Shown here: piece after piece, positions 13,862 to 27,072 of the stretch
Numbering within the stretch: the stretch's first letter is position 1
Layout of the letters: every line of letters starts with the position of its first letter
Source of the DNA: Octopus vulgaris
Lineage: Eukaryota
Direction of reading: 5' to 3'
Assembly: GCA_951406725.2 (NCBI GenBank)
Contig: OX597823.1
Coordinates: forward strand, 84,196,001-84,260,000
Length of the DNA: 64,000 nt
Notes under the pieces: model-generated
The model's database searches: none
What the model saw: the letters and a program-made list of their open reading frames with translations, nothing else
What the model was told of the DNA's origin: nothing
Program-made: the position numbers and the translations under genes

Positions 13862-13912
<51 letters not shown>

Positions 13913-14282
13913 CACACACACATACATGGATATGCATGTATATGTATTTATGTGTATATATGTGTGTGTGTGTATATTTATATATGTGTGTATATGTGTA
14001 TATATATGTCTGTGTATGTGTGTTTATATGTATATATATGTGTGTGTGTGTATGTGTATATCTATATATGTACGTGTGTGTGCATTTACATATATGTATA
14101 TGTGTGTTATATATATATATACGTGTGTGTGCACACGCATATATATGTATAAGTGTATGTGCATAGATATATTTATATCTATCTATATATATATATATAT
14201 ATACATGTGTGTGTATATAATATACCTATATATATGTGTGTATGTATATATATATATATATGTGTGTGTGTGCATGTGTATA
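13762..14282. repeat. (AT)n/(GT)n compound microsatellite
   Basis: Direct inspection. Confidence 0.95.
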
Positions 14283-15412
14283 AAAGTTCAAGATTTCATA
14301 AGTTTGATGGTAAAAAGAAACAGGAGGAAAATTACGGAGTGAACACGAGAGTTCCATTTAATTAGAGATGAATAAGTATACACACCATTATATATATACA
14401 TTTCCTTTTTCATTTCTCTTTTTTTTCTTTTCGACTTAAACATACATTTGCTATCATCACAATGTATATGTGAGAATGAATGAGAGCAGAAGCTGTATAT
14501 ATTAGTACACAGTATATTAGTATATATATATATTAGTGTTAGGCTTTACATGTGATATAAGCAATTCTGAATGTTGTAAAAAAAAAAACTATTTTTCTTG
14601 GTGTAACACTAGTAGTCCTTTTCCTGTGTTCTCAGGCTTTTTAGTTTGTTTAGTATCGCATTCACGCATATACACACGCTATTATCTTTAATAATAGTTA
14701 TAAGTCTTTCTATTTTTATAATAATAATAATAATAATAGTAATAATAATAATGTTTATATGTACATAAATAATTATTAATATACGCGTATGTGTGTATAA
14801 TTGTGATGTTGGACTGCAGAGTCTTTGGCGACATGCAATCTCGGCGAATGTTTTACGAAATAGTTGGAACGGTAAAAGAAATATTAAAATGAAGACTATT
14901 TCTGAGTAGACATGAAATAGCTACGGTGTTTCCATTACTTTGTTATTATTTCTGTCTGTTACTTTGGTAGGATTTCAATGAGAATATATTTCATCCAGTC
15001 TCTTTTTCATGCATATGTACATACATATATATATATATATATATACATACATACACCTGCATGCATGTATGTGTGCATGTATGTGTGTTTGTGTGTGTAT
15101 ATTTATAAAAACACACACACTTGCATTCATAGATGTATGTATATATACACAAATGCATGTATATATGTGTGTATATACATACATATGTATATACACACAC
15201 CAACACACCTGCATATGTGTATATATATATATAGGGGGAGAATTCACGAAAAAAGAAATTATGAAGACAGGTGGTGTAGAAAACAAACAGATGCATTAGT
15301 ACAACGCTCAGGAATTGAAAAAGTCTTTTATGTTTCAAGCCTATGCTCTTCCACAGAAAGGAACACAGAAAGAAACAAGGAGAGAAAAAAATGTGTGTAG
15401 TGGCTACCGATC

Positions 15413-15447
<35 letters not shown>

Positions 15448-16779
15448 GTGTGTGTGTGTGTATACATACACACATTAATACATATATATATACACACAAA
15501 GTTGGAAAGACTCTACACACTGTTGCTGAGTTTCATATAAATGATCATCAGACAGTCATGGCACTACAGTTTTAATCTACGTTTGCTATTTGACTACAGC
15601 TCTTTACCTGCCTTGTTTCACACACGTAAGCTCTCTTGTTTGTGTGTGTGTGTGTGTGGTGCAGGTGTAGCTTTGTGGTTAAGATGTTTACTTCTCAACC
15701 ACAATATACAATCATACATTTCCACCTCATGAGTTTCCTGCTCAATGTTAACTTTGACCTTCATCCTTTTGAGGTTGGTGAATAAATGACCATTCTTCAT
15801 TTCATCCCAGATATTCTTCTCCGTATGTCTCTTCTCATTGTTTTTCTATATAGCTTTTCAAATGTATTGTCTTGTGGACCCCTTATGGCTTGTTTACCCT
15901 AAAATAATTTCGCAGCAAGTTTTGAAAATATGCTGTTATCTTTTATCTTTTCTTGTTTCAATCATTAGATCGGGCCCATGCTGGGGCACAGCCTTGAAGA
16001 AATTTTAGTTGAATGAATCAAACCCAGTACTATTTTTTTTTAAAACCTGATACTTATTCTATTGATCACTTTTGCCAATCCGCTAAGTTACAGGGATGTA
16101 AACACACCAACTAGTTGTCAAGCAGTGGTGGTGGGACAAACATAGGTGCAAAGACACAGATATATATGACAGGCCTCTTTCAGTTTCCCTCTGCCAAATC
16201 CACTCACAAGGCTTTTGGTCAGCCCAGGGCTATAGCAAAGGACACTTGCCCTAGGTGCCATGCAGTGAGATTAAACCAGGGACCATGTGGCTGGGAAGGT
16301 TCTTAGTGCACAGCCATGCCTGATTAATTTATTAACGTGTTCCAAGATGTATAATTTTTCTCAACAAGTTATATACTGCAATGATAAACTCTGGATAATG
16401 AATGATACCTGAATAGTTTTGATCAGAGATGTGTTGGTTCCAACTAAAGCTGATGAGGCCCAATTAGATTGAAGTCTTAATCCTTGGGATGTTAGACATG
16501 TGTGTTCTCTGTTGGCTCATAACAGCAGTGGGTCATAATTATGAACTCAGATGCTTTACCCTTTGGCATTCGGATTGTTCTGTCAAATGTGATGCTAATA
16601 TATTCACATTGTTTTGAATTAATCACACATTGTCTTGTAGCTTCAAGATTTCAATGATGCGTTTGTATATTTTTCGAATATGTGAGAATATGCAAGAGAT
16701 TAGATCTGGTTAGTTTGAACATAAAACAGGTAGAATATTTTGTTACTAATCCAGGTAGAATATTTTGTTACCAATAGTG

Positions 16780-16862
16780 TTGGCGGCTGGCTATGAAACT
16801 CAAACTCACACCTCTGTGATTACACGTCGCGGTTCTCTGAACCAATTAAGCTAAACTGCCCA
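16780..16862 (-). pseudogene. Degenerate tRNA-like sequence (TGT anticodon-like; pseudogene or SINE head)
   Basis: GGCAGTTTAGCTTAATTGGTTCAGAG...TGTAATC..AGGTGTGAGTTTGAGT..GCCA: A box and decayed B box, poor stems. Confidence 0.5.
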
Positions 16863-17019
16863 CACCACAAATTCTTCTGCAAATTTATGATATATAGAAA
16901 TCTTGCTTTATGAGACGCTATCATAAGTTAAATTCAAATTACGATGAACGTAAACAAACAAACAAACAAAGTTTGCTTTAGAAGCATTCAGATATCTTAG
17001 AAAGTTAAAGAAGTTATTT

Positions 17020-17599
17020 TGTATTTGTGTGTATAATGACTAACGCATACATTTCCATAATTCTCAACTGATTTTCACCAAACTTTACACATACATTACT
17101 TATGTCCTGAGGTTGGTCATGCACTATAACATTTTACCCAGAGTTCCTGCATAAATGCACATAGTTTTTTGTATGTAGGATCTTCCATATTTCTTAAATC
17201 TTTTTATAAAAGTGAAAGGATTTTGTTTGTTTATTTCCACCTGCCACAGTCATTAAATTGACTATGAACACTGTAGGTAATACATATCCAATACCAAACA
17301 ATCTTAATCTCCATATTTAAACTGCATCAAACTTTGGCAAGCTTACCTTTACCTATTCTCAGTTACTTGGAAGGTGATTAGAAATATTGTATTTCTAAAT
17401 CTCTCAGAGATTTATACAGTAGCAGCACGATAAAGTGATGGTATGTTGCCAACTTAATATAGCAGTCCCATGAAAGGGAAGAATGCTACTGCTATTTAGC
17501 CCTAGGAAACACTGTTTCTAGTTGGCCATGACACATTTTCTGTGTCCTTATGTTTTCAAAGAGGTGAGATAAGCACCTCGACCTGGCAAAGCCAGCTAA
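17020..17599 (+). mobile_element. Degenerate Helitron-like element
   Basis: AACTGATTTTCACCAAACTTTACAC resembles the 5' region of the 58688 Helitron. Ends in CTGGCAAAGCCAG hairpin + CTAA|T (CTRR). Confidence 0.4.
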
Positions 17600-17600
17600 T

Positions 17601-17805
17601 TATCGAAATCAGAGAATGTATTCTTGTCCGGTACTGAATCTATCCCAAGATTTAATCATTTTGTGCCAGTCACGAGGCCAAACATCCCTGAAAGTTTCAC
17701 CAGAATCCATCCAGCGGTTCTTGAGATATCTTGTCCACGGACAAACATGCAAACAAACAAACACAACTGAAAACAATACCTTTGCCTTTGCTATGGTGGA
17801 GGTAA
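17601..17805 (-). mobile_element. Helentron/DINE-1-like non-autonomous element (HINE), 5' part
   Basis: Minus strand begins TTACCTCCACC...GGCAAAGGTATTGTTTTC (degenerate hairpin), then (TTTG)n and GATATCTCAAGAACCGCTGGATGGATT..TGAAACTTT, the typical HINE layout. Confidence 0.6.
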
Positions 17806-19637
17806 CAACGACAATAGTAATAATAATCATTTAATGTCCGCTTTCCATGCTAGCATGGGTTGGATGATTTGACTGAGGACTGGTGAGGATTGCACCAGAC
17901 TCCAATCTGATCTGGCAGAGTTTCTACATCTGGATGCCCTTCCTAATGCCAACCACTCCGAGAATATAGTGAGTGCTTTTTACATGCCACCAGCATGAGG
18001 GCCAGTCAGGCAGTACTGGCAACGGCCATGCTCAAATGGTGTTTTTTACGTGCCACCTGCACAGGAGCCAGCACCAGTGGGGTTGTCAAGTACTTTGCCA
18101 GACAGCAAACAACAAGAAAAAGAAAAGCTGTCTCAACTAAATGGTGGGGATAGTGTTTGAGAATGTAGGTGGTGGGGCCAGATTTTATGCCAAGGACTAC
18201 CTGAGGTGTCTTGCTATAGAATAGATACATATAGCTATCCTGCGTTTATATAAGGGTAGGTGGTAGTTTTGGGTGAGAGGTAAAATTGCAGTGACTCAGT
18301 ACAAGAGCAAATGCTGTCAAAAGAAGTTAAAAACAAACGAAAAAAAGAACATGGCAGAGAAATTAAAAGAAAATATTGTCTTTTGTCATTCCAAGTCCAA
18401 TTTTTTTCCCCTTGTGCTAAAATATAGTTTAACTAAATTTAATAAAAATATTTTTTCATGAAATGTTAACTTTATTGTTGTCTAACTTAATATTTTCTTA
18501 AACTACTTTCTCATGTATACCACCAGCCTTAGGCAAAAAGGATTAATTCTTTCATGACAACATTGCAAATGAAATACACTGCTTTTATGTGGTTCTACTA
18601 ATTTCAAAATAAAATTATTTAAAAGATTTGGTTTGAGAAGGATTTAGTAAAATAACTAAGCTTTATCATTAAAAGAAAATTTTTTTCCCCATTATTAATC
18701 TGATGTTTGGAACATAACTTAACAAAAGGTTCTTCCATAAAATTTATGACGGCTGCTTTTAATTTAAACATGAAGATTTTTATAAGAGTTGGTTTTGTAT
18801 CAGGGTGCCTGGAGGCAATTTCAGGCAGGTTATTATGAAAAGAGTTAAGATGATTCTTCTAAAGGCACCACACAATAACTCTGTCATAATTATCAACAGA
18901 TTTCTACAGTTTTGCTAAACTAAAAATGTATTTTTGTGTAAAGAATATGAGATTGTTTGGTTGCTTTTACAAGAAACATTGGTTGCAACTGGACATGGAA
19001 GAAAAAATACTTGTGTATGTGGATTCTGTTTCTTTCAATGCAAATCAATTTATTGTCATTGCAAACAACTATAGACGTTCCAGCCATGACCATCATTGTA
19101 TTTTTTCTAAATGTCGTATATACATGTGTGTGTGGGTGTGTATTATGGTTTGGTTTTATGTCAGTCTATAGCGTCATTTAATGTCCACCTTCTATGCTAG
19201 CATGGGTTGGACAGTCTCACAAAAGTCTGCCAGGCAGAAGCCTGCACCAGACTTCTGTGACTGTTTTGGAAGGATTTTTACAGCTGGATGCCCTTCCTAA
19301 CACCAACCCCTCAACAGAGTGATTTAGTGTTTTTTACGTGACACAGGTACAGGTGAGGTCAGTTTTGGCAAGGTCTTTATAGCTGGATGCCCTTCCGAAC
19401 TCCAACTACTTTACAGTGTGGACTGGGTACTTTTAAGTGGCACTGCATTGACAGGGTCACCAAGTACTTGCAAGACAGAAAAAAAAAAGAAAAGAAAAAC
19501 CTTTCAAGAGGGGAGGAGGCATTGGAAGAGGTGATAAAAACAATTTAAAATTAGGGTGAAGAAGTACTCAATACATTTTAATAAAATACATATCATACTG
19601 GTGACTGACTTCAAAGTTTCAATTGTGTATGTGTTTT

Positions 19638-19673
<36 letters not shown>

Positions 19674-22547
19674 CTGTGATGGTGCTGGTGCCATGTAAAA
19701 AGAACTCAATACACTCTGTAAAAGTGGTTGGTACTTCAAAGGGGACCCAAGCCAAAACAGGTGACTGGAGCCTGGTGCGGCCTTCTGACTTGCCAGCTCT
19801 TGTCAAACCATCCAACCTATGCCAGCATGGAAAACTTGTTAAATGAAGACAAAGATGTATTTAGACATGGTTATAGGTGCAAGCATGCTTGTGTGCTTTA
19901 GAAATTAGCTTCACTACCCTGAGGTTTTGGGGTTCAAGCCTACTAAGTGAAATACATGGAACCTTGGACAAGAGTCTTCTTCTGTAGCTTTGAGCCTTGC
20001 TATTGAATTTGATTGAGAAGAGACATGTGTGTGTGTGTGTGTGCATGTATGTTTGTGTGTATTGTCTTGACATCATATGGAGGTGTGTCACCTTCACACA
20101 AGCAATTTCATTAACTTACAATCTTCTATGAAAACATATCTGGCCACATGCAAATCTTACCAAGCTTGGAAACAGGCTGTAGAAAATCTGCCTCAATTAA
20201 TTCCATCTGACCCATATAAGCAAGGAAAAAGCAGGCATTAAAAATGATAATGATGATGGTTAATTATCGTCGTCGTCATGATTATTTAATGTCCCTTAAG
20301 GCAGAAAGCTGGCAGAATTGTTAGCTCAATGGACACAATGCTTAGCGGTATTTTGTCTGCTGCTACATTCTAAGTTCAAATTTCACCGAGGTCGACTTTG
20401 CCTTTCATCCTTTCAGGGCTGATAAATTTAGTAGCAGTGGAACACTGGGATCAATGTAATCGGCTGGTCCCCTCCCCCAAAATTTCAAGCTTTGTGTCTG
20501 CAGCAGAAAGGATTGTTTAATGTCCCTTTTTTCCATACTAACATGGGTCTGATGGCTTGACAAGTAGAGATAAACCTAAGGGCTCTGCTAGATTCTATGT
20601 CTGCTTTGGTATGGTTTTTTTCCTGCTGGATGCCCTTCCTAATGTCAACCACTTAACAGAGTGTACTGGGTGCTTTTTAATCAGCTCTTTCTCTTTTTCT
20701 AATTATGATTTATAAGAAATCTGATATTTTTCAGAAAAAAAATTTGAAGTAGATCTATTCTGTGCCCCGCTCTTTTTCTTTTAGTATACCAATTTGAGTT
20801 TAATGAGCTGTATTGTATAACTTTTAATTAATTACTGTATTGCTAAGATTATATCTAATTTGGAAGAGAGTATTTGTTCTGCTATCACGTCATCATTATT
20901 GAAATAACTGTGCTGTTTTAAAAGTGAAAATAATCCATTATACTATTGGTGCAGGCATGACTGTGTGCTAAACAATTTGCTTCCCAACCATAAGGTTCGG
21001 TGTTCAGGCTCACTGCGTGGCACCTTGGGCAAGTGTCTTCTACTACAGCCTCAGGCTGACCAAAACCTTGTGAGTGGGTTTGGTAGATGGAAACTGAAAG
21101 AAGCCTGGATGTATATATGTGGGTGTGTGTGTCTTTGTGTCTGTGATTTTTATTCACCCCATCACTGCTTGGCAATCGGTATTGGTGTGTTTACGTCCCT
21201 GTAACTTAGCAGTTCAGCACTAGTGACCGATAGAGTAAGTCCTTGGTTTTAAAAAATAAAAATAAATCATGAGGTTGATTTGTTCGACTAAAACTCAAAG
21301 CAGTGCTGTAGCATGGCTGCAGTCAAATGACTAAAACATGTAAAAGAATTTATACATATATATATATATATATATATATCGCATTGTTTAACGTCCGTTT
21401 TCCATGCTGGCATGGGTTGGACGGTTCGACCGGGGTCTGGGAAGCCAGGAGGCTGCACCAGGCTCCAGTCTGATCTGGTTGTGTTTCTACAGCTGGATGC
21501 CCTTCCTAACGCTAACCACTCTGTGGGTGTGGTGGGTGCTTTTTACGTGCCAGGTGAGGCTCGCAACGGTCACAATCGGTTGGTGCTTTTTACGTGCCTT
21601 GGTGGGATTTGAACTCGCGAAGGGAAAGTAATGATGGCGGCGGTTGTGGTGTTTGTGGTGGTAGTTTAATTATTATACTAAAGCCACCTACTTAATACGG
21701 TAATTATAATGCCTACTTTAAAAAATGTTAATTACATTGATAAATAAATCAACAAATTGATTAATTAATTAATTCTTTACGAAAACAAAATATTTATAAT
21801 GGCTCAACTCCAGGGGGTTTCACATAAAAATATAAAACGCGCCGAAAATCTGTTGAAGAATTTTGTTTAATTAACCAAAAGAAAAAGACACCTAAGAGTT
21901 CTCTCCCTTGCACTTGTTATCTTCAACTTACGACTTGAACATAGCGGCAACTGCTCCGTTTTAAGGGCTGGATTCTTTAGACATTCGTCAAGCTAGAAAA
22001 TTTATGGACAGGGATTTTTTTTTAGTTTTGTCAAAGGCATCAGTTTATCTTGAAAATCTTTCGTGAAAAAAAGAACACTTTATTTTTTGTCTTCTCAACA
22101 TTCGATCGCGCGCGCGCGCGCACACACACACGCACACACGCACACACACGCACACACGCACACACGCACACACACACACACACACACTTCAATGGTTCAT
22201 AACGTGCACGTTTTTTTTTTTTTTTTTGAAAATTGTCCCAGAAACAAATCTACCTTCATTTTATAAGGCTTTTAATTTTGTGTGGATGAGGCAACTGAAT
22301 TACACATCATGTATCTTATTTAGAGTAGTAGCAGATGGTGGGTCAAGAATGGACTTTTCAAAATTGTGGTTTGTCTTTAAAGCGTGTGTGCACCTTCATT
22401 ATCGTTACAATACCCACTCTTCACCCTCCTCTCGTTTTTCTGTAAATTTCAACTATAAATATATATATATATATTTCAATCAAAGATGTTATATAGAAGT
22501 ATGTGTTGGTGCCTGATGTGTGAGTTAGTGAGGTAATAATACTTTTA

Positions 22548-22578
<31 letters not shown>

Positions 22579-23468
22579 ATATATATATATATATATATAT
22601 ATAATGAGCTTCTTTCAGTTTCTGTCTGCCAAATGCACTCACAAAGGCTTTGGCTGGCCTCAGGCTATAGTAGAAGACACTTGCCCAAGGTGCCACACAG
22701 TGGGACTGAACCTGCAACCATGTGTGTGTGTCTGTGTTTGTGTGTATGTTTGTTCCCCCCCCCCCACCATCGTTTGACAACTGATGCTAATGTGTTTATG
22801 TCTCCGTAACTTAGTGGTTCGGCAAAAGAGACCGATAGAATAAGTACTAGGCTTACAAAGAATAAGTCCTGAGGTTGAGATCTGTTTGACTAAAGGTGGT
22901 ACTTCAGCATGGCTGCAGCCAAATGACTGAAACAAGTAAAAGAATATATATATTTATATTCTATTTTTCTTTTCAGTCATGTTACTGCAGCCATGCTGGT
23001 GCACCACCTTTAGTCAAACGAACCGACCCCAGGATTTATTCTTTGTAAGCCTGGTATTTATTCTATCAGTCTCTTTTACTGAACTACTTAGTTATGGGTG
23101 TGTAGACAAACCAACACTGGTTGTCAAGCCATGGTGGGGGACATACACAGATGGAAACACACACCTCACAGACACACACACATATGATGGGCTTCTTTCA
23201 GTCTCCATCTACTAAATCCACTGACAAGGCTTTGGTTAGCCTGAGGCAATTTCTGACTTGATAATTAACTCACAGCTGAGAAGGGACCCTAACAAGTGCT
23301 ACAGGTCCAACTCAGAGTAGACCTGGAAACAATATTTCCTAAGAGGTGTGACCACACGTCCTCAAAATCCTGCAACTCTTGGCCCAGAGTCCAACTACCA
23401 AATGCAGTTTAACATCATACCCAGCACTATAAGCAAAATAAATATTAAGACTTAGCAAAAACGTTAAT

Positions 23469-23883
23469 AGGCATAGGAGTGGCTGTGTGGTAAGTAGCTT
23501 GCTTACGAACCACATGGTTCCGGGTTCAGTCCCACTACGTGGCACCTTGGGCAAGTGTCTTCTACTATAGCCTCGGGTTGACCAAAGCCTTGTGAGTGGA
23601 TTTAGTAGATGGAAACTGAAAGAAGCCTGTCATATATGTGTGTGTGTGTGTATATATATATATGTATGTATGTTTGTGTGTCCGTGTTTGTCACCCCCAA
23701 CATCACTTGACAACCGATGCTGGCGTGTTTATGTCCCTGTAACTTAGCATTTCGGCAAAAGAGACCGATAGAATAAGTACTAGGCTTCCAAAGAATAAGT
23801 CCTGGGGTTGATTTGCTTGTCTAAAGGCGGTGCTCCAGCATGGCCACAGTCAAATAACTGAAACAAGTAAAAGAGTAAAGAGT
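23469..23883 (+). mobile_element. SINE family A, full length, 30 nt upstream of the UGGT exon
   Basis: Collinear with 60603-61016. Confidence 0.9.
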
Positions 23884-23913
23884 ATATTTTTGCTTTTTTT
23901 TTTTTATTTACAG

Positions 23914-23986
23914 CTACAAGATTCTCTTCTTGGATGTGTTATTCCCATTGAATGTGAAGAAAATCATATTTGTTGATGCTGATCAG
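23914..23986 (+). CDS. UGGT: Single internal exon of UDP-glucose:glycoprotein glucosyltransferase (GT24 catalytic domain, DxD-containing segment)
   Basis: Poly-T tract + tttacag acceptor at 23913 and cag|gtaagt donor at 23986/23987. Translates (phase-2 start) to [24 protein letters not shown], matching the conserved UGGT motif [14 protein letters not shown]..KxIFVDADQ. Confidence 0.92.
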
Positions 23987-24189
23987 GTAAGTTCATCTGA
24001 TGTAGCCCTCACCTTCTTTGTTGCCTTCTTTGTTTCTCTTTTGTTCTGTGTAGTCATGCATGGTAATACATTTGTGTTTTCGCTCCAAAGGCTTGATATT
24101 TCATTTCTCTATTGTAATAGCTATTGATGTTTAATGTTTGTGAGGCATACCACATGTGGCGGTTCAACAGCATGTCCCTTCTCATATAT

Positions 24190-24585
24190 AAGCGATGTGA
24201 CTGTGTGGTTAAGAAACTTGCTTCCCAAACATGTGGGCTTGGGTTCAGTCCCACTGTGTGGGACCTTAGGCAAGTGACTTCCAGTGTAGCCCCAGTCCAG
24301 CCAAAGCCTTATGTGTGAATTTAGTAGTGGAAACTGAAAGAAACCTCTTGTGTGTGGATGTGTGTACCCTTTGTCTTGAAATCATGTGATAATTGTAAAT
24401 GAGCATCATCATCTTGCAAATGGTGTTGTTTCCAGTCTTCTATGAAAAGCATGAAGAAATATGACCTTGTTTGGAAAAAGATGAGGGTCGACGCCATGAA
24501 GGGCATCTGACTGTAGAAAAATCTGCCTCGACAAATTCCATGTGATCTACGCAAGCATGGAATGGTAGACATACAAATGATACTG
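24190..24585 (+). mobile_element. SINE with family A head and RTE-derived 3' tail. Similar copies at ~19876-20260 and 24850-25090
   Basis: Head matches family A to GGAAACTGAAAGAA, then a different body ending GAAGGGCATCTGACTGTAGAAA...GCAAGCATGGAA..GAC, as in the RTE 3' UTR. Confidence 0.7.
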
Positions 24586-24791
24586 ATATATATATTTATC
24601 AAAATATGACCACATGTGAATCGTTGGCGATTTTTTTTTTTTTTTTTTCCCCCCCTCTGTCTTCCTTTTCTATTGGACTTTCCTCTGTCTCCTGTTTCTG
24701 AAGAAGAGCTTTGCTCGTAACATAAAACCATCTTTCTTTCCTTCCCTGACTGTCTGCTAATACTTTGCATGTACCACATCCTCACGTTGTG

Positions 24792-24829
<38 letters not shown>

Positions 24830-25271
24830 GTGTGTGTGTATTCATTCACATATGTTTGTGTCTGTCTCTTTGTCTTGACATTGTGTGATGTTTGTAACTG
24901 AATGTCGGTGTCATCCAAGTGGTGCCACTCAATTCCAATATTCTGTGAGAATATGTCTGGCTGTGGAGAAATATTACCCTGCATGAAAATAGGAAAGGGT
25001 TGGCCGCCCTGGAAGGGTATCTGATTGTAGAATATCTCCTTCAGTAAACTCCATCTAACCCATGGAAAAGTGAACATTACAAATGATGGCAATGGCCTGC
25101 ATGCATACATACATACACACATGTGCACACTCACAGGTGAGCACATAAGTGCAAAACAAAGCAGGAAAAATAGTACTCGAATACCAAAGGTAGAGCTATG
25201 TACTTTTTATTAAAGCTGCAAAATTATCACAGAACTGTTACTCAGAGTTTCATGTTCTCAACATTTATATA

Positions 25272-25493
25272 CAGGGTGGCCCAAAAGTAGGTTTACAGCT
25301 ATCACGTAGGCGCTTTAAATTTCTGTTAAAACATTTTATTACATTTAAATTTCTATCTTACAAACTGACAAAATTAACTAAATTAGCATAGAATAATGGT
25401 TTCCTATCTTTTTGTAATTAAGATCTAAACTGTTAATATGTGAATGCAAAAGAGATTGTTGAATAACTGTAACCCTACTTTTGACCCACCCTG
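25272..25493. mobile_element. Tc1/mariner-type MITE, 222 bp
   Basis: TA on both sides. Imperfect ~30-bp TIRs CAGGGTGGCCCAAAAGTAGGTTTACAG / CTGTAACCCTACTTTTGACCCACCCTG. Confidence 0.9.
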
Positions 25494-25739
25494 TAAGTAT
25501 ATATCATCTGAACATGCTTTACTACACATCAATCACTACAGTTGTTTCAACACCTCATCACTGCGTGTTCATTACTGAACGTTACATATATTATAAACAG
25601 CATTGCACTAAGTAAATAGTGATATATGCACCTCTTCAGGTGAGCGGAGTTAGATTATATTTTGATTTTCCACATTTTATACCTAGATCGACCCTTGTCA
25701 GCATGGAAAACAGACATTAAGTGATGATGATGGTGGTGG

Positions 25740-25767
25740 CATATATATATATATATGAGTGTATATG

Positions 25768-25838
<71 letters not shown>

Positions 25839-25891
25839 GTATATATGTGTGTATATATATGTGTGTGTGTATATATATATATGTATATATT

Positions 25892-25924
<33 letters not shown>

Positions 25925-26083
25925 TTGTGTGTGTATATATATATGTGTGTGTGTGTGTATATATATATGTATATATGTGTGTATATATATATATGTGTGT
26001 GTGTGTATGTATATATTTGTGTATATATGTGTATATGTATATATGTGTGTGTGTATATATATATATATATGAGTGTATATGTA

Positions 26084-26118
<35 letters not shown>

Positions 26119-26131
26119 GAGTGTATGTGTA

Positions 26132-26187
<56 letters not shown>

Positions 26188-26222
26188 TGTATGTGTATAT
26201 ATCTACATTCATACATGTGTGT
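25740..26222. repeat. (GT)n/(AT)n compound microsatellite
   Basis: Direct inspection. Confidence 0.95.
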
Positions 26223-26572
26223 AATGAAGTGCACCCATCAGTATAATTTTGCTATTAAAGTGTCTGTTGTTGTAATTTGATGAGCGTACATTTATATTAA
26301 TTTCTATTATTAATCCCTTGAGAGCAGCCATAATGAGATGCTAATTAATCTATCTGTCATTCAGTCTTTGATTACCGAAGACCTCACACAACGTGCTGTA
26401 ATGGTTTCTTCATTTCATCCTTTCAAATTGTAATTATTCGATAGCAAGTATTTAAATGGCAGCTGATTTGTGTCAGAAAGACAGGGAACAGGTTAAGGGG
26501 TCTGGACGGACATTTTGTTTTGGGTTTATTTTATTTACAAATATTTAAGATTTTGCATTTTGTGGAAGTGCT

Positions 26573-26895
26573 GGTGTGTGGCTTAGTGGTTAGGGTTTTC
26601 GGCACATGGTTGTAGGCTCATGAGTTCGATTCCTGGTGATGTATTGTGTCCTTGAGTGAGACGCTTTATTTCACGGTGCTCCAGTCCATTCAGCTAGCAA
26701 AAATTGAGTTGTACATGTATTTCAAAGGGCCGGTCTTGTCACATTCTGTGTCTTACTGAATATCCCTGAGGACTACATTAAGGGCATGCATGTCTGTGTA
26801 GTACTCGACCACCTACACGTTAATTTCACAAGCAGCTTGTTCCATCGATTGATTCAGTTGGAACCCTTGTCATCGTAATTGATAGGGTACCAATC
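26573..26895 (+). mobile_element. SINE family C (tRNA head + GTCCTTGAG..CACTTTATTTCAC..CTCCAGTCCACTCAGCT). Related copies at ~45608-45830(+), 48141-48462(+), 40870-41107(-), 31640-31820(+)
   Basis: A box TGGCTTAGTGG, B box GAGTTCGATTCC. Body shared with 48141-48462. Confidence 0.8.
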
Positions 26896-27072
26896 AAAGA
26901 AGACTCCAGAAGTCAATCCTCATCAAACTGGCCTATAGTAATTAAAAAAAGTACAAAACAAAAAAAAACCCATTTAATCCTTTTGATACAAACCTGTCTG
27001 GTATCACCCTTGGTTTATGGTACCATCTTCTTATTTTAAAGAGATCAGTTCATCAAACGGTCTTAGAAATAC

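Noticed and set aside
16450-16476. CTGATGAGGCCCAATTAG hammerhead-like start (also CTGACGAAGG on the minus strand near 44950-44959)
   Set aside because: No closing stem II or GAAA, so incomplete.
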